Numbered from the stretch's first letter, positions 17,655 to 27,672 are shown. The stretch is 64,000 nucleotides of DNA from an uncultured virus (IMG/VR IMGVR_UViG_3300050821_011122) (IMGVR_UViG_3300050821_011122); one strand, 5' to 3'. The notes: generated from the sequence alone by a model not told the origin. Made by a program: numbers and translations.

Positions 17655-18635
17655 ATGGCAACCCAGCGCGTCAACATCGGCAGCGTCTACACCGAGCACG
17701 CGGTGCCGCCCGGGGCGCTGGTGGTGGAACGCAAGTACTGCGAGATATGCGGCAGGTCGTTCAGTCGCCGGTTCGCCGCCACCGAGGTATATGCGGAGTA
17801 CATAGTGGAGTTCACGGTGATGCTGAACAAGCCGCCGCTGGAGGTGCGCACCGCGCTGCGCAAGGACCACGGCGAGCGGTTTTGCGCTGACTGCCGCGGG
17901 CGGCTGCTGATGCCGGACATCGAGGCGCAGGTCAAGTACCTGATCCAGCTGCCGGGCACCCCGCAGCAGATGCGCCATGCGCCCCACGTGCCCAAGTACG
18001 ACCGCACGCTGTTCGGGCGCGAGACCAGCGCCCACGAGCTGAGCAAGAAGCCCGTAAGGGCGTATAGGGCGCGCAAGCACCACAAGCGCGGTGACTGGCT
18101 GCCGCTGCTGCGCGCCGCGTTCGCCGAGCGCGGAAAGCTGAAAAGCGAGGACCTGGTGGACGTGGTGCCGGGCTGCCTTACGCCGCAGCAGGCGTACATG
18201 AAGGTGTACTTCGCCGATGCGCCCATCAGGATCGTGGCGTGGGAGAAGGAGGCTGGGCTCCGCGGGCGGGGCAAGGCGATTTATGAATGGCCGGGCGTAA
18301 GCCCGAATTCGAGTACCGGAGGCGCTGGCCGTGCAAGTAGACCCGACGTGGCACCAGGGGGACCTTGTAACCCTGGGCGTACTGATTGTTGCGATAGCGG
18401 GCTACCTGCTCAGCCGGGGCGCGGACAATCGCTCAAGACAGGAAGCACGCGACCTGCAGACCTCGCGCCACACGCAGAACACCGAGGCACTGCAGCACCT
18501 CATGGACTTCAAGCGCGGGCAGGAGCTGCTCAACCAGCAGCGGGACCAGATCGTGGACAACCTGGCCGTGATGGCCGGGAGCGCCGTGAAGAGCCTGGAG
18601 GGCTTCAACAAGCGCCTGGAGCTGATCGAGAATGA
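17655..18635 (+). CDS. Hypothetical CxxC protein; true end probably near 18300
   Basis: CEIC and CADC; the C-terminal part overlaps the next gene and looks non-coding. Confidence 0.65.
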   Translation: MATQRVNIGSVYTEHAVPPGALVVERKYCEICGRSFSRRFAATEVYAEYIVEFTVMLNKPPLEVRTALRKDHGERFCADCRGRLLMPDIEAQVKYLIQLPGTPQQMRHAPHVPKYDRTLFGRETSAHELSKKPVRAYRARKHHKRGDWLPLLRAAFAERGKLKSEDLVDVVPGCLTPQQAYMKVYFADAPIRIVAWEKEAGLRGRGKAIYEWPGVSPNSSTGGAGRASRPDVAPGGPCNPGRTDCCDSGLPAQPGRGQSLKTGSTRPADLAPHAEHRGTAAPHGLQARAGAAQPAAGPDRGQPGRDGRERREEPGGLQQAPGADRE

Positions 18636-18672
18636 GATGCGGGACAACCGCCGGGGCAAACGCGCTGGCTAG
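18331..18672 (+). CDS. Single-TM coiled-coil membrane protein
   Basis: GGAGG RBS; LVTLGVLIVAIAGYLL. Confidence 0.7.
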   Translation: MQVDPTWHQGDLVTLGVLIVAIAGYLLSRGADNRSRQEARDLQTSRHTQNTEALQHLMDFKRGQELLNQQRDQIVDNLAVMAGSAVKSLEGFNKRLELIENEMRDNRRGKRAG

Positions 18673-18694
18673 CGTAGTTTACGACGAGAGGCTG

Positions 18695-18877
18695 ATGCCC
18701 GAGGACGGGCGCAGCCGCGCGGGCCGGGACCAGCTTGCCGTGGACCTGTTTCGCGAAGAGCTTAAAAAGACGGACGACGTGTTTGTGTTTGGAAACCGAG
18801 TTTTATTGGTGCAGGACGGCCACCTCGCCGGGGAGTTCTGCGTCGAGGGGCTGCTAACTTTGGGAGGAAGACAATGA
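18695..18877 (+). CDS. Hypothetical protein
   Basis: ATGA-coupled to the next gene; start uncertain. Confidence 0.5.
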   Translation: MPEDGRSRAGRDQLAVDLFREELKKTDDVFVFGNRVLLVQDGHLAGEFCVEGLLTLGGRQ

Positions 18878-19263
18878 AGACCGCCACGTTTATCATTGCG
18901 CTGCTGTTGTGTACAGCGGCGTACGCGCAAGACCTTAGCAAGGACAAGCAGCTGGAGCTGCGTAACGCGCAGGTAGAGTACCTGCAGACCAAGGCGCAGG
19001 CCGACCAGGCACAGGCGCAGGCCAACGCGGCGCAGCAGCGGATGGGCGCGTTGGTGACCGAGGCCTGCAAGGGCGCCGGGCTGAAGAACGAGGAGTGCAT
19101 GGTGTGCGACGGCCCCGGCCCGGAGGGCCACCAGGTGGATGCCTGCAAGGGCCTTAAGCCCCAGGAGCTGGCGGTGCGCAAGTTGGACAAGCCCGCCGAG
19201 AAAGGCGACCTGAAGCCCGCGGTGCCTACGCCGTACTCCAAGGCCAAGGTGGACAAGCCGTGA
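18874..19263 (+). CDS. Exported protein (signal peptide, coiled coil, four mature Cys)
   Basis: MKTATFIIALLLCTAAYA-Q; GGAGG RBS. Confidence 0.75.
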   Translation: MKTATFIIALLLCTAAYAQDLSKDKQLELRNAQVEYLQTKAQADQAQAQANAAQQRMGALVTEACKGAGLKNEECMVCDGPGPEGHQVDACKGLKPQELAVRKLDKPAEKGDLKPAVPTPYSKAKVDKP

Positions 19264-19430
19264 GGAAGCCGCGGCGCAACCCGAGCAAGCAGCAGCACGA
19301 CACGCAGGAATCCAACCACCCCTACGCGGCTCCGAAGCTGGCATGGCGCAGGGCCGCCGGCATCTGCGAAGGCTGCGGACACAAGCCGTGCACGTGCAAA
19401 TCCAAGGCCCAAGTGAGCCCGCTTGCTTAA
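19260..19430 (+). CDS. Small Cys-cluster protein
   Basis: Not in the ORF track; GTGA overlap; CEGCGHKPCTC. Confidence 0.5.
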   Translation: MRKPRRNPSKQQHDTQESNHPYAAPKLAWRRAAGICEGCGHKPCTCKSKAQVSPLA

Positions 19431-19722
19431 AACTATTAAGGCATGGCTGGCGAAGGTGGCTGCCTACGTCGCGGCCACTGGGCAGGGCATCCAGTTCGTG
19501 GCGTTCTTCGCCCACGCGGGCGTCGCCAGTTTCGTCGTGGAGCACCTGTCCTTCGGGCATTATGGTATCGCCGCGCTGCTCTTCCTGGCGGGCGGCGGGG
19601 TGAAGGAGTTTTACTTCGACGCCCGGTACGAGCAGGACCCGCCGCAGACGTTTATGGACAACCTAGAGGACTGGTCCGGGTGGGCCGTGGGCGCGGTGCT
19701 GGGGTATTTTCTGCATGGCTAA
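19423..19722 (+). CDS. Small multi-TM membrane protein
   Basis: Three hydrophobic segments. Confidence 0.7.
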   Translation: MLKTIKAWLAKVAAYVAATGQGIQFVAFFAHAGVASFVVEHLSFGHYGIAALLFLAGGGVKEFYFDARYEQDPPQTFMDNLEDWSGWAVGAVLGYFLHG

Positions 19723-21232
19723 GATTTCCATCAAGGGCGCCGTCCGTAGCGCAAAGGCTGAGGAGAAGCGTGCCCTTAAGGCCGCCGAGAAGGCGGGATT
19801 CCAGCCCACGAAAACACTGGATAGCCTGCAGAATTTTGCGGCAAACCTGGGCATTGGCACCGATAATTTATCCAGCTACAGCGGGTATGGCTTCAACCCG
19901 ATCAGTAGAATTAGGATCCTGCTCGAGTGGATCTACCGGGGAAGTTGGCTCGGCGGCATGGCTGTGAATGTGGTGGCCGACGACATGACCCGGGCTGGCG
20001 TAGACGTGCGCGGCGACGTCAGGCCAGAGGACATTGAGCACCTTGAGCGCGCCGCGATCACCCATAAGGTGTGGACCGAGGTAAACAACACTGTCAAGTG
20101 GGCCCGGCTGTACGGCGGCTGCATCTGCGTGATGCTTATCGACGGCCAGCGGATGGACACTCCTTTAAGGCTGGACACCGTGGGCAAGGGCCAGTTTAAG
20201 GGCCTGTTGACGCTGGATCGCTGGATGGTGGACCCGGATCTTAGCCGCCTTGTAAGAGAGTTTGGCCCGGACCTGGGCACGCCAGAGTTCTACAACGTGG
20301 TGGCGGATGCCCCTGCCCTGCCGCGAATGAAGATTCACTATACCCGTTGCCTGCGCCTGTACGGCATTGAGCTGCCCTACAATCAAAGAATGATGGAAAA
20401 CCTGTGGGGCATCTCGGTACTTGAGCGTTTGTATGACCGCATGGTGGCCTTTGACTCCGCCACCACGGGAGTAAGCCAGCTGATCTACAAGGCGTACCTG
20501 CGCGTGGTGCGCATCAAGAACATGCGCGAGATCGTGGCCGCCGGCGGCGAGATGATGGGCAAGCTCGTTCAGTACGTGGACCTGATGCGCCGGTTCCAGA
20601 GCCTGGAGGGCATTACCATGCTAGACTCGGAGGACGAGGCCACGGCCATGCCATCGCCAACGTTCTCTGGTCTTAGTGAGGCATTGATTCAATTGGGCCA
20701 GCAGCTTGGTGGAGCTTTAGGAATCCCTTTGGTAAGGCTCTTCGGCCAGTCGCCAGTCGGCATGAACGCCACGGGCGAGAGTGACATGCGGCTATATTAC
20801 GACAGCATTAAGCAGCAGCAGGTGCAGACGCTGCTGGTGCCATTGACGCGCATCTACCGTGCCATGGCGCAGTCCGAGGGAATTAAGCTGCCCGAGGGCT
20901 TTACGCTAGACTTTCGCAGCCTGTGGGTATTGTCTGATGAGCAAAAGGCGGGCATCGGGAGTACGGACGCTACCAGCGTGACGGGCGCGTACAACGCGGG
21001 AATTATCAGCCCGCAAACGGCGCTGAAGGAGCTGCGTCAGCTGAGCAAGATCAGCGGGCGCTTTACTAACGTGACCGACGAGGACATTAAGGCTGCCAGC
21101 GAGGAGACGGGCGCGCAGATGCAGCAGGCGCAGACCGAGCAGATGCTAGAACAGGGCGGTGAAAGCCATGAGTTGGAGCTGGCGCGGGGCGAGAAGGAAT
21201 TAAAGGCGAAGCCGAACGGGAAGGCAGCGTGA
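19715..21232 (+). CDS. Portal protein (DUF1073 type)
   Basis: YRGSWL...VADDMTRAG, WARLYGG, GIPLVRLFGQSPVGMNATGESD..YYD. Confidence 0.9.
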   Translation: MAKISIKGAVRSAKAEEKRALKAAEKAGFQPTKTLDSLQNFAANLGIGTDNLSSYSGYGFNPISRIRILLEWIYRGSWLGGMAVNVVADDMTRAGVDVRGDVRPEDIEHLERAAITHKVWTEVNNTVKWARLYGGCICVMLIDGQRMDTPLRLDTVGKGQFKGLLTLDRWMVDPDLSRLVREFGPDLGTPEFYNVVADAPALPRMKIHYTRCLRLYGIELPYNQRMMENLWGISVLERLYDRMVAFDSATTGVSQLIYKAYLRVVRIKNMREIVAAGGEMMGKLVQYVDLMRRFQSLEGITMLDSEDEATAMPSPTFSGLSEALIQLGQQLGGALGIPLVRLFGQSPVGMNATGESDMRLYYDSIKQQQVQTLLVPLTRIYRAMAQSEGIKLPEGFTLDFRSLWVLSDEQKAGIGSTDATSVTGAYNAGIISPQTALKELRQLSKISGRFTNVTDEDIKAASEETGAQMQQAQTEQMLEQGGESHELELARGEKELKAKPNGKAA

Positions 21233-22611
21233 TTAACAACCACATCCGTGAGCGACTGAGCGCTAAGCAGGTTATAACCCACGAGGGCTTCTTGCGCTGC
21301 GAGGCCGTACCCATCGCAAGAACCGGCACGCAGGTGTATGGTCCTGGCGAGATTGCGAATGAGGCTGGGTACATTGGCCCAGGTCCCGATGGCTTGATTT
21401 ATGCCGAGCGCCGTCCTGAAGACGTATTTCGACCAGAGACCATCGCGAGCTTTGAGGGCAAGCCCGTGTGCATGGGGCATCCTGAGCGGGACGTGACGCC
21501 ACACAACTGGCGTGAACTCGCGGCAGGTGTGGTATTGAACCCACGGCGCGGAACGGCGATGGACGACGACGTCATCCTGGCGGATCTTCTTATTACAAAC
21601 AAGGATGAGATTGAGGCAGTGCGAAACGGGCTCAGGGAAGTGTCTGCCGGGTATAACGCTGATTACGAAGATCTAGGCACCCCAGGAAGGGTGAGGCAGT
21701 ATAACATCATCGCGAACCACTTGGCGCTTGTCCCAGCTGGCCGCTGTGGTCCGCGATGTTCAATTGGTGATAAAAAAACTTTAACGGAGGATTGTGCAAT
21801 GACTTGGCTAGAGAAGCTGAAAGCTGCTTTTGCGGGCAAGGACGAGGCGGCCTTTAACGCTGCTTTGGCTGAGGCTCCCAAGGGCGAGACCGTGAGCTTG
21901 ACGACAGATCAGCTCAAAACCCTCAACAAGATCTTGACAAGGGATAAAGAGCACCCGGATGACTGCGACTGCAAGGCGTGCAAGGGTGACAGCAAGACGA
22001 TGGACGCCATTGCGAAAGACATTAAAGATATCAAGGGCAGCGTGGACGCCATTGACGCCCGCGTGAAGAAGATGGAAGACGCGGAGAAGGAAGAAGAGGA
22101 AGAGAAGAAAAAGAAAGAAACCGAGGACGAGGGCAACCGCAAGATCGAGGGCAACTTGGAAATGGAGGCGCCTCCGGGAACGGGCGACAAGGCAAAAGGT
22201 GCCAAGGACAGCCTTTACCTGGTGGACAGCTTCCAGGAGACGATTGCCCTTGCCGAGGCTATCGCCCCCGGCGTGCAGGTGCCGACGGTGGATGCCAAGG
22301 CAAGTCCAAAGAAAACCTTCGACGCCCTCTGTCAGTTCCGGCGGACTGTGCTGGATTTGGCGCATGCGAAGCCGGAGTTCCGGCAGTTCATCGACGGCAT
22401 TGCGGCTGGTCGGGAGTTGAAGTCAATGACCTGTGACGCGGTGCGCAACCTGTACCTGGCGGTCGGCGGGTATGCCAAGGACTATAACAACCGGCGGACG
22501 ACGTCGGACGTGGCGGTCATCGGCAACGGCGGCGGCACTGGCGTGCGGGGCCCGATCAAGACCCCCGCGGACATCAACAAGCGAAATCAAGAGTATTACA
22601 GCAATAAGTAA
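21229..22611 (+). CDS. Prohead protease/scaffold (DUF2213)
   Basis: PIARTG.QVY, REVSAGY, NHLALV..GRCG; charged scaffold C-terminus. Confidence 0.9.
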   Translation: MINNHIRERLSAKQVITHEGFLRCEAVPIARTGTQVYGPGEIANEAGYIGPGPDGLIYAERRPEDVFRPETIASFEGKPVCMGHPERDVTPHNWRELAAGVVLNPRRGTAMDDDVILADLLITNKDEIEAVRNGLREVSAGYNADYEDLGTPGRVRQYNIIANHLALVPAGRCGPRCSIGDKKTLTEDCAMTWLEKLKAAFAGKDEAAFNAALAEAPKGETVSLTTDQLKTLNKILTRDKEHPDDCDCKACKGDSKTMDAIAKDIKDIKGSVDAIDARVKKMEDAEKEEEEEKKKKETEDEGNRKIEGNLEMEAPPGTGDKAKGAKDSLYLVDSFQETIALAEAIAPGVQVPTVDAKASPKKTFDALCQFRRTVLDLAHAKPEFRQFIDGIAAGRELKSMTCDAVRNLYLAVGGYAKDYNNRRTTSDVAVIGNGGGTGVRGPIKTPADINKRNQEYYSNK

Positions 22612-22654
22612 GACCCCCGTAGGGCAGCACAAATCCAAAAGAGGAGAAAACAAA

Positions 22655-23335
22655 ATGGACTGGAAAGAACTTAAGCAGCTGCTGGCCTCGGGCGACCACC
22701 ACTACGACCCGGACCGGCTGGAGGCGAGCCCCTTGGGGCTCAAGCGGTACGCGGCGATTGCGCGCGACCGCCAGATGTTCAACAAGCGCCACCTTGGCAA
22801 GTTCCGCACGGCGGATGGCGTAGCCTACACATTCCGCATGCCGGCTGGTTATGCCGGTTCAATCAACCGCAGCCACCCGGTGAGCATTGAGCCGTGCCTC
22901 ATCGACTACAGCTCACCGCCACTGTACTACGGTGAGGGGGTTGTGGTTGATGCCACCACCGAGGGCGTCAGGCCTTTGGCCGCGGGTGATACTGCCTTGA
23001 CGGATGTCTACGGGATTACCGTGCGTCCATTCCCGCTGCAACAGTCAAGCGGCGGCATGACGTCAGCCGCAGGTAATGCGACGCCCCCGGCATTTGGCAT
23101 CATCGATGTGATGAAGTTCGGCTACATCATGATTCAGTTCAACGCCAGCGGGTCTGCCCCAGTTAAGGGCGGCGCCGCTTACATCTGGATCGCGGCCACG
23201 TCAGGCGCGCACATTCAGGGCCTGTGGGAAACAGCTTCCAGCGGCAGCACCATTGAGATTGGAACGCCTCCGCGGACCAATTATCAAGGTGGATGGGACA
23301 GCAGCAACGTGGGCGAGCTAATCTTCCACGACTAG
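22655..23335 (+). CDS. Head cement/decoration protein
   Basis: Between protease and capsid genes; RMPAG..G, YGITVRPFP; GAGGAG RBS. Confidence 0.75.
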   Translation: MDWKELKQLLASGDHHYDPDRLEASPLGLKRYAAIARDRQMFNKRHLGKFRTADGVAYTFRMPAGYAGSINRSHPVSIEPCLIDYSSPPLYYGEGVVVDATTEGVRPLAAGDTALTDVYGITVRPFPLQQSSGGMTSAAGNATPPAFGIIDVMKFGYIMIQFNASGSAPVKGGAAYIWIAATSGAHIQGLWETASSGSTIEIGTPPRTNYQGGWDSSNVGELIFHD

Positions 23336-23376
23336 TCCGGCGGGCAACAAAATTCAATAAGGGGAGAACGAGGACA

Positions 23377-24564
23377 ATGAAGAGCAACTTGATGGATGTA
23401 CCCCGCGCGGGCAGGCTGTTAGGGCGGTTCCCGACGCGGGACGAGATGATGACATTTGACCGCAGCATGATGACGCACGATGCCAGCGGCAATCACATGG
23501 GCAGGCCCCTGACAGACACCATGGGCCGCCGTACCTCAGTCCGTACCCACGACGGCAAGACTTGCGATAGCTCAGGCGCCTTCTTGGTGGGTGAGCTGGA
23601 ACGGCTCGACCAAACGCTCCATGACCCGTTGGTCAGCGTCACCTGGGGCCGGGACATCGACCTCCGTGAGGACGTGACCATCGCGGACGAGATCTCCAGC
23701 TTCACCAACAGCTTCTATGGCTCAGCGTCTGGGCTGGGAGCTGGTCAGGGCATCCTCACCGGTAAGGCGTGGGCCGGGAAGAACACGGACCAGATCACTG
23801 GCGTGGACGTGGACATCAGCAAGACGCCCCAACCGTTGACCGTTTGGGCGATGGAGCTGAAGTATACCATCCTTGAACTGGAATCAGCCGCGAAGCTGGG
23901 CAGGCCGATTGATGAGCAGAAGTACAAGGGCCTGCAGATGAAGCACCAGATGGACATCGACGAGCAGGTCTACGTTGGCGACAGCAACATCATCGTCAGC
24001 GGCACTCAGGCGGCCACTGGCCTCGTGAACAGCACGCTGGTCACGCCCGTCAACGTTTCAACCGTCAGCGGCAACACCACCTGGGCCAGCAAGATTAACG
24101 CTGGTCTTTATGATGCGGTGACTGGCGACGTCAACACGTTACTCACCAATGTGTGGGCGGCTTCTGGTTGGGCCATCGTGCCAAACCGACTTTTGCTGCC
24201 GCCAGCCGATTTCGGGCTTATCAGCACGCAGAAGGTTTCGACCGCCGGCAACGTTTCGATCCTGAAGTACATCCAGGAGAACAACATTCTCACCACCTCG
24301 GGACGGGGCAAGTTGGAGATCTACCCGCTCAAGTGGCTGAACGGCGCAGGAGCCTCAGGTACCATCGGCACCGGTGGCGCAGGCCATGATCGTATGGTGG
24401 CTTACACCAAGGACAAAGACCGCGTGCGCTTTCCCATGACCATGCTGCAACGGACCCCAGTGCAGTATGATTCCTTGTGGCACAAGAGCACCTACTTCTG
24501 CCGCCTGGGCGTGGTAGAATTTCCGTATTCGATCACAGTCGGGTACGCAGACGGACTTTCATAG
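23377..24564 (+). CDS. Major capsid protein (DUF2184)
   Basis: GAFLVGELERLD..L..PL..VTWGRDI, DRMVAY, GYADG. Confidence 0.92.
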   Translation: MKSNLMDVPRAGRLLGRFPTRDEMMTFDRSMMTHDASGNHMGRPLTDTMGRRTSVRTHDGKTCDSSGAFLVGELERLDQTLHDPLVSVTWGRDIDLREDVTIADEISSFTNSFYGSASGLGAGQGILTGKAWAGKNTDQITGVDVDISKTPQPLTVWAMELKYTILELESAAKLGRPIDEQKYKGLQMKHQMDIDEQVYVGDSNIIVSGTQAATGLVNSTLVTPVNVSTVSGNTTWASKINAGLYDAVTGDVNTLLTNVWAASGWAIVPNRLLLPPADFGLISTQKVSTAGNVSILKYIQENNILTTSGRGKLEIYPLKWLNGAGASGTIGTGGAGHDRMVAYTKDKDRVRFPMTMLQRTPVQYDSLWHKSTYFCRLGVVEFPYSITVGYADGLS

Positions 24565-24609
24565 GGATGGTTTAAGGTAATAGTGTATAATACCTCTTAG
24601 GAGGTTTAT

Positions 24610-25527
24610 ATGCCAAACCAAAAGCAATATGTGATCTACGGATTGTGCGAGCCAAGTACCAATTTTGTTCGGTACGTAGGCTATACAAGCCGCCCTGTTG
24701 AAAAACGCCTGTGGTTTCACCTTAACGAAGCAAAGCAGCTAACGTGCCATCGCCACCGTTGGCTTGAAAGCTTGAGGAAAAAAGGATTAAAACCAAGCAT
24801 CGTTGTGCTTGAGGTTGTTTCTCAGGATGAGTGGCAAGAGCGGGAAAGAGACTGGATAAGTTGGCTGAGAGTCAGCAACGACCTAGTTAATACTACAGAG
24901 GGAGGAGAGGGTTTAGTAGGAGCGCCGCGAAAGGTTCATAGACAAATTGCCCGTAAGTTGCGAGAGGGTTATGCTAGTGGAAGGTTAAACCCGCCATCCG
25001 GCATGACAGGGCATTCTCACACCGAGGAAGGTCGTAAGCGAATTGGCCAAGGTGTAAAAAACTCTAGCCGATACAAGCGAGGAATGCGTAACAGAAAACC
25101 AGGACAATTCACACCTGAGAGTTATGATCAAATGCGTTATGCGAATCGTGGAAAAAAGTTTACCGAAGAGCATAAGGCAAAGATAGGCGCCAAGTCTAAG
25201 GGGCGTCAAGCTACTTTGGGCACTCGTTGGATCCACTTGGGCCAAGAGACAAAGTTGCTTTTACCAGGCCACAGAATGCCAGCCAGTTGGAGTTATGGAC
25301 GGCCAGGAACAGCCATAGCGGTACCCGGAAATCAGTTTGGAAAGGCACTTCTTGGCCGAGTACGATCAGAAGAGCATAAGCAACATCTTCGAGAGGCTTT
25401 GACCGGAAATGTAAACATAGTTAAGTCAAAGCTCGGCCTCCGCAAAATCACTAATGGCCAAATTTCAAAGATGCTAAAGCCGGGCGCAAAAATGCCCATC
25501 GGCTGGCAGTATTCAAAAGCAGCATAA
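24610..25527 (+). CDS. Free-standing GIY-YIG homing endonuclease with NUMOD3-like repeats
   Basis: VIYGL...RYVGYT..RL..H, LVNTTEGGEG, TEEHKAKI / SEEHKQHL; TATAAT and AGGAGG upstream. Confidence 0.85.
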   Translation: MPNQKQYVIYGLCEPSTNFVRYVGYTSRPVEKRLWFHLNEAKQLTCHRHRWLESLRKKGLKPSIVVLEVVSQDEWQERERDWISWLRVSNDLVNTTEGGEGLVGAPRKVHRQIARKLREGYASGRLNPPSGMTGHSHTEEGRKRIGQGVKNSSRYKRGMRNRKPGQFTPESYDQMRYANRGKKFTEEHKAKIGAKSKGRQATLGTRWIHLGQETKLLLPGHRMPASWSYGRPGTAIAVPGNQFGKALLGRVRSEEHKQHLREALTGNVNIVKSKLGLRKITNGQISKMLKPGAKMPIGWQYSKAA

Positions 25528-25544
25528 AAAGGAAACGCCACGCC

Positions 25545-26153
25545 ATGACGAATTTAGTACCAAAGCCAGATTTTATCCCGGGCTACAGGCCAAACGCGCG
25601 CCTGACGCCCGACAACTTTCTTGATGGACCAACCGTCACGGCCATCTTCCCCAAGACCGTGAAATTGCAACTGGACGAGGGGGAGGGCACCGTGACATTT
25701 CACCCCGGCACGCAGGAGGTGCCGGAGGAGCTAATGAGACCACGCATGCACTGGTGGTTGAAGGCGCAGGGGGTAAGAGAATACGGAAAAACAAAGGTCA
25801 ATAAGACGCTGGATCCCGCAGACCCCACAGCAAGAGGCGTGCACAAGATCACGGTTGACGAGTTCAAGTACATGCAGAGCTCCGGCTGCCCTGTCGGAAG
25901 CGTGGAGGCGGCACAGCAGTTCTTTGAGGGGCTGGAGCCCGCGGCCCGTGAGGCGTTGCTGGAAAAGGCGAAGGGTTTCCAGGCGCCGAAACCATTGCCC
26001 CCGCAGCTGAAGGATGAGGACTTTGAGCGCTTGACAAAGGCCCAGCTGGTGGAGTGGGCGACCAAGACGTACAAGGTTGACCTTGATCCGGGGTTGACCA
26101 AGGCGGCGCTGGTGGAATTCATCGAGGAGCTGCAGACCGCGCCAGGGAAGTAA
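25545..26153 (+). CDS. Head-region hypothetical protein; paralog of 27715-28269
   Basis: FPKTVKLQLD...FHPGTQEVP; short helical C-terminal motif. Confidence 0.75.
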   Translation: MTNLVPKPDFIPGYRPNARLTPDNFLDGPTVTAIFPKTVKLQLDEGEGTVTFHPGTQEVPEELMRPRMHWWLKAQGVREYGKTKVNKTLDPADPTARGVHKITVDEFKYMQSSGCPVGSVEAAQQFFEGLEPAAREALLEKAKGFQAPKPLPPQLKDEDFERLTKAQLVEWATKTYKVDLDPGLTKAALVEFIEELQTAPGK

Positions 26154-26154
26154 G

Positions 26155-26952
26155 ATGCCACTGCTGAAGGGCGAAAAGAACATCGGGCATAACATCAAGG
26201 AGATGGAGGAGCATGGCCATCCCCATAAGCAAGCAGTAGCAGCCGCCCTGAGCACGGCGTACGACGACTTGAACACACAGAGCAAAAGACAAGCCCAGAG
26301 GGAGGGCGCTACTATGAGCCATGACGAGCCGTACGCCAGGCCAGTGACAAGCATGACGCAGTCAGATTTGAATGAGGCCAACAAGAAGTATTGGGGTGGC
26401 GAGGCGGGAAACATTGGGCCAGCAGAAACCGAGGCTAAGGCGCCAATGCTCGCGGGTACCAAGGTGGTGCCCGTGTACCGAGGGGCCGGGGATCAGGATG
26501 AGAAGTTTGACGACGAGGTCTCCCCCACCCAGTCTGACCCTCCCGACTCCCGGTCCAACAACCTGTTGGGCATGCCCGCGATTGCTGGAGATGCCAAAGA
26601 AGATCCTCAAGGTTATGGATCAGGCCGGCAACCAGCTGGGTATAAGCCAGCTGGGAGCAAGTACAATACCATGAACCCGCCGCCAAAAGATCCCAAACCT
26701 GCCAAGGACGACATGGTCGAGGGCAGCGAGGCGATGGAGGCGAATGATGCTAAAACTCCATTTTTAAGTCAAGAAAAATCCCAGCTTGAAGCTCACCATA
26801 CAAAACTTCTTGGACAGGGCTACCGCTGGAGACAATCCGCCGGCGTAACTGGTTCGAAAGAGATAAGACACGAATATTCGCATAAGAGTGGGGCTAAAGC
26901 TAAAATTATAGAAAGTCCAACTGGGCAGCATAGATTTGAGGGCGGGGAGTAA
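26155..26952 (+). CDS. Hypothetical low-complexity protein, possible internal head protein
   Basis: MPL..G...NIKEM...G.PHKQAVAAAL N-terminus; segment resembling the scaffold tail. Confidence 0.7.
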   Translation: MPLLKGEKNIGHNIKEMEEHGHPHKQAVAAALSTAYDDLNTQSKRQAQREGATMSHDEPYARPVTSMTQSDLNEANKKYWGGEAGNIGPAETEAKAPMLAGTKVVPVYRGAGDQDEKFDDEVSPTQSDPPDSRSNNLLGMPAIAGDAKEDPQGYGSGRQPAGYKPAGSKYNTMNPPPKDPKPAKDDMVEGSEAMEANDAKTPFLSQEKSQLEAHHTKLLGQGYRWRQSAGVTGSKEIRHEYSHKSGAKAKIIESPTGQHRFEGGE

Positions 26953-26958
26953 AATTAA

Positions 26959-27501
26959 ATGGGCTCCACTCCCGGCAGTTCGCAACCTCAAGGCATTACC
27001 ACGGCGGCGCCGACCGTAGCGCAATTCCAATTGGACTTTCCGGAGTTTGCGGTAGCAGGTGTTCCAGTGCTTGGCGCCCCATCAATTCAGTTCTGGCTTA
27101 ACTTCGCGCTTACCCTGCTAAACCAATGCCGCTTCGGAAGCTTTTACTATTACGCTGTCGAGCTGTTCGTGGCCCATAACCTCGCGCTGGAGTGGTGGAG
27201 CACGCAGGGAGGCCCGGGCACAGTGCCGGGTGTGGCCAAGGGCAGCATCGCGTCCACGGCCGCAGGCAACGTCAGCGTGGCATATAACACGGCCGCCGTT
27301 GTGGAGCTTGACGCAGGCCACTGGAATTACACGATCTACGGTCAACGACTTATTCGCTATATTCGCATGGCTGGCGCCGGCCCAATCTACGTTGGCGTTG
27401 GAAACTTATCAGCCAACAGCTGGTTTCAGTTTGCGTTGGCGGGTGGTGCCTGGGAGGGACCCCCGGTGTTCAACTATCCAAATCCAAGTTGCAGCGGTTA
27501 A
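26959..27501 (+). CDS. Head-tail adaptor (DUF4054)
   Basis: FQLDFPEF...LFVAHNLAL...GNVSVAY...WNYTIYGQ. Confidence 0.85.
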   Translation: MGSTPGSSQPQGITTAAPTVAQFQLDFPEFAVAGVPVLGAPSIQFWLNFALTLLNQCRFGSFYYYAVELFVAHNLALEWWSTQGGPGTVPGVAKGSIASTAAGNVSVAYNTAAVVELDAGHWNYTIYGQRLIRYIRMAGAGPIYVGVGNLSANSWFQFALAGGAWEGPPVFNYPNPSCSG

Positions 27502-27513
27502 AAGGAGTAATTT

Positions 27514-27672
27514 ATGTATATTTTCTTGGTTTTTGCATTTGTCTTCTTCGTAATTGGCACTTTCGCGTCCTACTCAGGAACGAACCCGTGGTATGGTCGC
27601 TTCAACTGGATCAGCGCTGGTCTCGCCTGCTGGGTGGCCACGCTAATCTTCAGCCACTGGCCGCCGAAGTAG
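27514..27672 (+). CDS. Small 2-TM membrane protein (52 aa)
   Basis: Not in the ORF track; AAGGAG RBS; MYIFLVFAFVFFVIGTFAS...ISAGLACWVATLIF. Confidence 0.7.
   Translation: MYIFLVFAFVFFVIGTFASYSGTNPWYGRFNWISAGLACWVATLIFSHWPPK

Noticed and set aside
19715..21232. Anti-CBASS Acb1 label often given to DUF1073 proteins
   Set aside because: Size, motifs and position indicate a portal; no appended 2H phosphoesterase domain is evident
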